A stretch of 64,000 bases of DNA from an uncultured Acidobacteriota bacterium (GTDB lineage: Bacteria; Acidobacteriota; UBA6911). Shown one piece after another: positions 57,823-64,000 of the stretch. The DNA lies in contig CAWJKZ010000013.1 in NCBI GenBank assembly GCA_963843575.1, positions 224,001 to 288,000 on the forward strand, in the 5' to 3' direction. The position numbers were made by a program, and so were the translations under genes. Positions within the stretch are counted from its first letter, which is position 1, and every line of letters begins with the position of its first letter. The notes under the pieces are model-generated. The model was given only the letters and a program-made list of their open reading frames with translations, ran no database searches and was not told the origin of the DNA.

Positions 57823-60519
57823 TCAGTTCAGCGTTCTTACCAGGCGTAACCCCACATAGCCGTAACGGTCGTCGGACCGCTGGTAGCCGTAAGAGTAGCG
57901 ATGGGCCAGGCGCATCAGGTTGGCATCGCCAACATAGGGATTCGCCGAGCCCCCACGCGCCATCCTGTTACTGCTCGCGCCGGATGTCCCGAGATAATCG
58001 GTCACGGTCCCGGATGGATAGTAACCATCCCGATCCCAGCACCACTCCTCGGCGTTGCCGTGGACATCCTTGAGGTTCCAGGCGTTGGCCAGCTTCAGGC
58101 CGACCGGGTGGAGCGAGCCGCCGGAATTAGCGCAGAACCAGGCCACCGACTCCAGGGCCGGCAGCGCGCCTGCGGTGCAGCTGGTCTTCGTGGTGCTGTT
58201 GAATTTGGGCTCCTCGATGTGGAAGGGGCCCGAGCTGCCGGCACGGGCGAAGTACTCCCACTCACCCTCCGAGGGTAACCTGTAGCCGTTGGCGCTGAAG
58301 TTGCAGTAGATCGGATCGGACAGATAATTCGTCGCGTCGATCGGGGTGCGAAAATCGGCGTCCTTGTAGTAGCAACGCGTCAGACCGTTGCGCGCCGAGA
58401 GCAGGTTGGCGAAGAGGATCGCCTCGAACCACTTCACGCCGTCCACGGGCTCGGACATCGAGTGCGAGGTATCCAAAGGGTCGGCAGGGAGCGAGGGTTG
58501 TGCCGACCGCAAGTCCGCCCACATTTGCTGCGTTACCTCGGTCTCCATCACCGCGAAGCTCTTCGACAGGATGTGGGTGAACTGCGCCTCGTAGGAACTG
58601 TGGCCTATCTCCCCGCTGGGCGATCCCTGGGTGAATCCCGCCGACCCCGTGGCCGGGACAAACCGCATGTTGCCCACGATCCCATCAACGCTGTGCAGCC
58701 CTCCTCCCAGCCCTTCGGCGACCTTGACGGCCGTTATCGTCTGGCCCGACCTCGGGCAGTTGGTGGAACTGATCGTCAGGGTGCCCGTCATATGGGTCGA
58801 GTCTGTGAATGAGCCGCTGAAACTCAGGCCGCCCGAGCGCAGGTCGATCCGACTGGCCGATGTCGGGAGGCTGCCGATGGAGATCTTGCAGTTGTTGCAG
58901 TCGGTGGCGGAGACCTTGTAGGTGTGGACGAAATCGCGGATCGAACCGGAACTGTCCACGTTGAACGAAACGTCCGTCCCCTTCCAGCTTCCCCGGGTGG
59001 TCTGCGGGGTGGCGTCCGTCGTCGTGTGTGGCGGCACCCCGGTGTATTGCAGGCCGGTCGCCGTCATTTCCATTCTCAAGACGGTCATGCAGATGTTGGC
59101 CCCCGCCTCGACGGCCAGCGAGCCGACAAAGCCGTCCGGTATGCCGGAAAAAATCCCGCCCGCGCCGCAGAAGAACAGGGCGCTCTGTCCCGTGTATGGA
59201 ATCGTCTGCTGCTGGACCTGATTGCCCGCGGAGTCGTAGAGGGTGAACTTAACCTGAAACCCCGTGCCGGCGTAGGAGACGAAAGCCAGCCCCGTGTTCA
59301 CCATCGCCGATTTCTCGACTGGCAGCGTGAATGACCGGCCTTCGGGACTGTGGGCGATTCCGATCGAGTCGATCAGTTTGTTGCTGAACACATAGTTGTA
59401 GAAGAACGCCGTGGCTATCGAGCCCATCGGACTGCTGTCGCTCTGGATCGCGAGATAGCCGGAACGCACCTGGCTGTCGCCGACAAGGACGTATCTAGCC
59501 GTCGCCTTCGGTCCCAACGAAATGTCGAACGATGACGAACCGGTCATGTTGATGCTGTTCAACGTCCAGCCGCTGGACCAGGACTGGTCGTTCGCCCGGC
59601 GGAGCGTGGCCCGCCCCGCCCATATCGAGCTCGATTCATTCGAAACGATCAGGACCGTCTGGTACTCGCCCCCGAGGGCCAGCTGGGCGTAGGTAAATCG
59701 AGGGTCCGCCGACTGCGCGGCGGGGTGCGGCGGGAAACTCGTGTATTGCACGCCGTCGGGCGTGTTCTCCATGCGCAGGACCGTCATGCACAAGTTCTGG
59801 TCGGACTCGACGACCAGCGAACCGACGAACCCGTCGGCTATGCCCGGGAAGATGCCGCCCCCCGGGCCGGTGAAGAAGCGTGCGCTTTGCCCGTCGTAGT
59901 TGAGCGTCACCTGCTGGACCTGGCGGCCGACCCCGTCGAAGAGCGTGAATTTTATCGGGAAGCCTGTCTTTACGGAGGATACGTAAGCCAGCCCGGTGTT
60001 CACGCTGGCCGATTTCTCGGCCGCGAACGTGAATGCGCGGCCTTCATAGCTCGGGGGCACCCCGATCGAGTCGATCAGCTGATTCCCGACGATGTAATTG
60101 TAGAAAAATGCCGTGGCGATGTTGTTAATCGACGTGCTGCTCTGGATCGTCAAGTATCCGGAACGGGTGGTGTCGTCGCCGGCGAGGACGAACTTGCGGG
60201 TCGCCTTTGGGCCGAGCGAAATATCGAACGACGTTGAGCCCGTCTTCGCCGCGCCGTTCAGGGTCCATGCGGATGTCCACGACTGATCGTTTCCCTTTCG
60301 GAGGTTGGCCGTGCCGGACCAGGCCGTGCTCGACTCGTTGGAAACGACAAGGACGGTCTGGTACGACCCTCCCAGCGCCAGTTGGGCGTAGGTCAGACCG
60401 GCAGAAGTCTGGGCCTGATTGGTGTCGATCGCAAGACAAGCCAGTAGAATGGCGGACAGAATCCCCAGCGCTCTATATGCCACGGTACTCCTTTCCAGCC
60501 AGCGGACCGCAGCCATCAC
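57823..60519 (-). CDS. Secreted protein with two ~230-aa repeats and a C-terminal FGE-sulfatase (SUMF1-like) domain
   Basis: Signal peptide; duplicated TYAQLALGG...LRME domain; ETEVTQ, YRLPSEGEWEYFARAG, DVHGNAEEWCWD, RGGS, GLRLVR. Confidence 0.9.
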   Translation of the reverse strand: MMAAVRWLERSTVAYRALGILSAILLACLAIDTNQAQTSAGLTYAQLALGGSYQTVLVVSNESSTAWSGTANLRKGNDQSWTSAWTLNGAAKTGSTSFDISLGPKATRKFVLAGDDTTRSGYLTIQSSTSINNIATAFFYNYIVGNQLIDSIGVPPSYEGRAFTFAAEKSASVNTGLAYVSSVKTGFPIKFTLFDGVGRQVQQVTLNYDGQSARFFTGPGGGIFPGIADGFVGSLVVESDQNLCMTVLRMENTPDGVQYTSFPPHPAAQSADPRFTYAQLALGGEYQTVLIVSNESSSIWAGRATLRRANDQSWSSGWTLNSINMTGSSSFDISLGPKATARYVLVGDSQVRSGYLAIQSDSSPMGSIATAFFYNYVFSNKLIDSIGIAHSPEGRSFTLPVEKSAMVNTGLAFVSYAGTGFQVKFTLYDSAGNQVQQQTIPYTGQSALFFCGAGGIFSGIPDGFVGSLAVEAGANICMTVLRMEMTATGLQYTGVPPHTTTDATPQTTRGSWKGTDVSFNVDSSGSIRDFVHTYKVSATDCNNCKISIGSLPTSASRIDLRSGGLSFSGSFTDSTHMTGTLTISSTNCPRSGQTITAVKVAEGLGGGLHSVDGIVGNMRFVPATGSAGFTQGSPSGEIGHSSYEAQFTHILSKSFAVMETEVTQQMWADLRSAQPSLPADPLDTSHSMSEPVDGVKWFEAILFANLLSARNGLTRCYYKDADFRTPIDATNYLSDPIYCNFSANGYRLPSEGEWEYFARAGSSGPFHIEEPKFNSTTKTSCTAGALPALESVAWFCANSGGSLHPVGLKLANAWNLKDVHGNAEEWCWDRDGYYPSGTVTDYLGTSGASSNRMARGGSANPYVGDANLMRLAHRYSYGYQRSDDRYGYVGLRLVRTLN

Positions 60520-60840
60520 ATTGTCGGAATTGGTGGCTGGATCCTATATCCTTATCGGATGGGAGTCAATGATCCACACCCAAAGCCGTGAGAGATTTCG
60601 CGGAGCCCGCAATCCAAGGGGGGCGGACGGTCGGCGCGCCCCGGCTTCCTCAGTCGTTGCCTCTCCTGTCTCGAGCGTCGCTCTGCAAAGTGCGAGTGCA
60701 TCGCCGCGTTTTTTCCGGCTAAACGCAAAAATGACCCCTAAAATGAAAAATGAGGCCGGTTTTCGAGCTTGAAATACTGGTAAGCTGCTGTGCAGGGACG
60801 ATTTAACCAGGTCCGTCCCCGACATGGTACAATCTGGCCC

Positions 60841-63463
60841 GTGAATCGCAAACGCTTGTACCTCATCGACGGCATGTCGCACATCTATCGCGCGTACTAT
60901 GCCATACGCAACCTGCGCAGCTCCAAGGGTCTCCCGACCAACGCGATCTACGGTTTCACCTCGATGCTGCGCAAGCTCATGCAGGACGAGAAGCCCGATT
61001 ACATCGGCGTTGCCCTCGACCTGGAAGGGCCCAACCGTCCGCCACGAGAAGTACAGCGCCTACAAGGCCCAGCGCAAGCCCATGCCCGACGAGCTGACCC
61101 AGCAATTGCCCTACATCCGCAGGGTCTGCGACGCATTCTGCGTGCCGATGATCTCATTCCCGGGTTACGAGGCGGACGACGTGATCGGGACGCTCTCCCG
61201 CAAGGCGGCCGAACAGGGCCTGACCTCGATTGTGGTCACGAGCGACAAGGACATGCTGCAGCTCGTCGGCGACAGCATCCTGGTCCTCGACCCCATGAAG
61301 GACAACCTCATCCTGGACGCTGCCAAGGTGCAGGAGAAAATGGGGGTCAGACCGGAGCAGGTCGCGGACCTCCTCGGCCTGTGGGGCGACACGGTCGACA
61401 ATATCCCGGGCGCTCCCGGCATCGGCGAAAAGGGCGCGAAGGAACTGATCCAGACGTTCGGGACGCTGGAAAACTGTCTTCAGAATTGGGACAAGGTCAA
61501 GAGGAAGACCTACCAGGAGAGCCTGCGCCAGAATGTCGAACTCATCCGGACCAGCAGGGAACTGGCCACAATCCGGCAGGACTTGCCGATCGATCTCGAT
61601 CTGGCCTCGCTCAACGTCTGCGAGCCCGACCGGAAACTCGCATTCGAGCTGTTCTCCGAACTCGAATTCAAGAACCTGACGCGCGAGTTCCTCCAGGAGG
61701 AGGTGCGGGAACCGCTGAAGGCCGAACGACTCGGCGGCGCCGCCGCCGAGGCCTTCCTGCAAGGGCTGAGATGCCAGGACCGGGTCTATTTCGCGCTGGC
61801 CTATCGCCAGGCCGCCCTCTCCCGCAAGGCCGCGACGACCCTGTGCGTCCAGGGCGACACCGGCCCCGCGGCCATCCTCGATCTGCTGGACGACTCCGTC
61901 GCCCGAGCGTGGAACGGTCTCATGCAGCAGGATCTGTTGTTTGTCTGCTGGGATGCCAAGCTCTGCCGCCTGTCGCAGGAGGGGCGCCGCGTCTCTATGA
62001 ACGGCAGGGTCCAGGACGTGATGCTCCTGGCGTTTCTAACATCTCCCCACATCGGCGATTACTCCCTCAGGCGATGGGCGCTCGACCAGTTGCACGTCGA
62101 CCTGGCGGCGGAGACAGGGCAACGCGACCTCCTGGCCGGCCTTGACACCGAGGCGATCGGCGCGAGCCTCTGCCGCGAACTCGAGTCGATCCGCCGCCTT
62201 CATGAAATCCTGGAACCCCAGATCTGCAGCCTCGAGCTGCAGCCGGTGCTGGACAACATCGAGCGACCGCTCATCCCCGTCCTGGCAGATATGGAGCGGG
62301 CCGGCATAAAGGTCAATCCCGCGATGCTCCAGCAGCTTTCGACCCAGATGGAGAAACAGCTCGCGTGCCTCACCGAGTCGATACACGCCGCCGCGGGAAC
62401 CGAGTTCAACATCAATTCTCCCAAGCAGCTCGGGGAGGTGCTCTTCGAGAGGCTCAACCTTCCGACCTCCCGGAAGACCCGCAAGACCGGCGGCTACAGC
62501 ACCGACCAGGCGGTCCTCGAGGAACTGGCCCAGTCCTACGACCTGCCACGCCTCATCCTGGAGTTCCGCCAGATCTCCAAACTCAAGTCGACCTACGTGG
62601 ATTGCCTCCCCGCCCTCATCAACCCGGCGACGCGTCGCGTGCACACGTCCTTCAACCAGACCGGCGCGGCGACGGGAAGGCTGTCCAGTTCGGACCCCAA
62701 CCTGCAGAACATCCCGGTCAGAACGGATCTCGGGCGTCTTATCCGGGCAGCGTTTGTCCCGGAAGACGGCAATCTCCTCATCTCCGCCGACTACTCCCAG
62801 GTCGAGCTGCGGGTCCTGGCGCACCTGTCGGAGGATCCGGTGCTGATCGAGGCATTCCGGAACGACGAGGATATCCACGACCGGACGGCGCGTGAGGTTT
62901 TTACCGAGCAGGAGCGTGCCAACCGATCCGAGTGCCGGCGAATGGCCAAGGTGATCAACTTCGGGATCGTCTACGGGCTGTCGGCGTTCGGGCTGGCGCA
63001 GAAACTGGGCATATCGCGCGAGGCCGCGCAGACCTTTATCGACGCGTATTTCGAGCGGTACAAGGGCGTGCGGGCCTGGCTGGACCGGACCCTCGAAGAA
63101 GTGCGCGCGTCCGGCAGGGCGCGCACGATGTTCGGGCGCATCCGGCCCATCCCGGATATCCACAGCCGGGACTACACCACACGCCAGTTCGCCGAACGCA
63201 CCGCGGTCAATACTCCCATCCAGGGAACGGCCGCCGACATCATCAAAATAGCCATGATTCGAGTCCACCGCTCATTGCGGGATACGGGGACCTCCGCTAG
63301 AATTCTGCTTCAAGTGCACGACGAGCTGGTGCTCGAATCGCCGGCCCGCGAGGTCGATGGGATTCAGGACCTCGTGCGGCGCGAAATGGAAAACGCCGCG
63401 CAATTGCTTGTTCCCCTGAGAGTTGACATCAACGTCGCCGACAACTGGAAGGACATGAAATAA
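60841..63463 (+). CDS. polA: DNA polymerase I, +1 frameshift near 61033
   Basis: LYLIDG..IYRAYYA, YKAQR, EADDVIG, TGRLSSSDPNLQNIP, ADYSQVELR, AKVINFGIVYG, QVHDEL; deleting one A at 61033-61034 joins the frames. Confidence 0.95.
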
Positions 63464-63466
63464 TCG

Positions 63467-63491
63467 GGAACGCGGCAAACCGGGAAGCGTT
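63467..63491 (+). promoter_or_regulatory. Putative ECF autoregulatory promoter
   Basis: GGAAC-N16-CGTT immediately upstream of an ECF sigma gene. Confidence 0.55.
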
Positions 63492-63531
63492 TAAGCATAT
63501 GGGTTTATGGAGACCGGGGAAGACGGGATTG

Positions 63532-64000
63532 ATGCCTGAGGCGCGGGGACGAGCGGTGGAACTCGACGGGTTCGAGGCAGGTCTGCAACAGGCCCCGTCC
63601 AACACCGACAATGACCTGGTACGTGATTTCATTGCCGGCAACGATGCTGCGTTTACCCAGCTCGTCACCAAGTACAAAGACGGCCTGACCAACTACCTGA
63701 ACGTCATGGTCGCAGACTACGACATCGCGGTCGATCTGTCCCAGGAAACGTTCCTGCGCGTCTACAAGAATATCGGAAAGTACAGTCATATCTATCAGTT
63801 CTCGACGTGGCTGTACCGTATCGCGACGAATCTCGCCATCGACGAGATGCGCTACCGGAAGAGACGAGGACAGGTTTTCTACCGAAACGTGTGGGGTGCC
63901 CGGCAGGGAAACGAATCCGACGCCCCCGAATTCGAGTTGCGCGACCGGCGCCGGGGTCCTGGCGACGAGGTGCTCCGCAAGGAGAGCTGGCCAAGTGCTC
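63532..64000 (+). CDS. ECF RNA polymerase sigma factor (3' truncated by window edge)
   Basis: Translated by hand (absent from the ORF track): AFTQLVTKY..AVDLSQETFLRVY..FSTWLYRIATNLAIDEMR; alternative in-frame ATG at 63499. Confidence 0.92.
   Translation, partial: MPEARGRAVELDGFEAGLQQAPSNTDNDLVRDFIAGNDAAFTQLVTKYKDGLTNYLNVMVADYDIAVDLSQETFLRVYKNIGKYSHIYQFSTWLYRIATNLAIDEMRYRKRRGQVFYRNVWGARQGNESDAPEFELRDRRRGPGDEVLRKESWPSA

Noticed and set aside
57823-58675. Diversity-generating retroelement target (FGE/CLec-fold C-terminus)
   Set aside because: No reverse transcriptase and no second template-repeat copy visible in this window; a remote DGR cannot be excluded.
60790-62145. polA as a pseudogene or programmed frameshift
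   Set aside because: A single extra A with no slippery heptamer; similar indels occur across the window, so sequencing error is more likely.
1-64000. Many long antisense or overlapping ORFs (e.g. 51217-53013, 35935-37395, 28090-29439); tRNA/rRNA genes; integrase
   Set aside because: The ORFs are high-GC shadows of recognised genes. No tRNA, rRNA, integrase or transposase was recognised by eye.

Overview
GC-rich bacterial window, probably Acidobacteriota (inferred from the VWA, TPR/carboxypeptidase-regulatory, POTRA and NIPSNAP gene complement). About 1-47.6 kb and 60.8-64 kb are mostly housekeeping or ordinary genes (aroF, proS, rpiB, glyA, DinG helicase, dtd, kdgK/eda, rnd, ttcA, RluA family, nudF, polA, ECF sigma). 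Several carry single-base frameshifts that look like read or assembly errors. The intergenic spaces hold a Phe-sensing attenuator, leaderless promoters, REP/REPIN-like palindromes and a MITE family with two kinds of ends. The standout is a ~12.7 kb accessory locus between nudF and polA (47837-60519), an apparently undescribed RiPP-like or protein-modification system built from two convergent operons. It has six radical SAM domains in five proteins, including a rSAM/SPASM-U32 fusion and a rSAM/SPASM-HemN double enzyme. It also has two stand-alone PqqD/RRE proteins, one with a twin-arginine signal peptide, and a 108-aa precursor whose 14-Cys CxCxxx-repeat core ends in HYWYPN. Upstream lies a secreted FGE-sulfatase-domain protein that is in frame with the precursor across a single UGA. 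All product calls come from motif recognition by eye; no searches were run.
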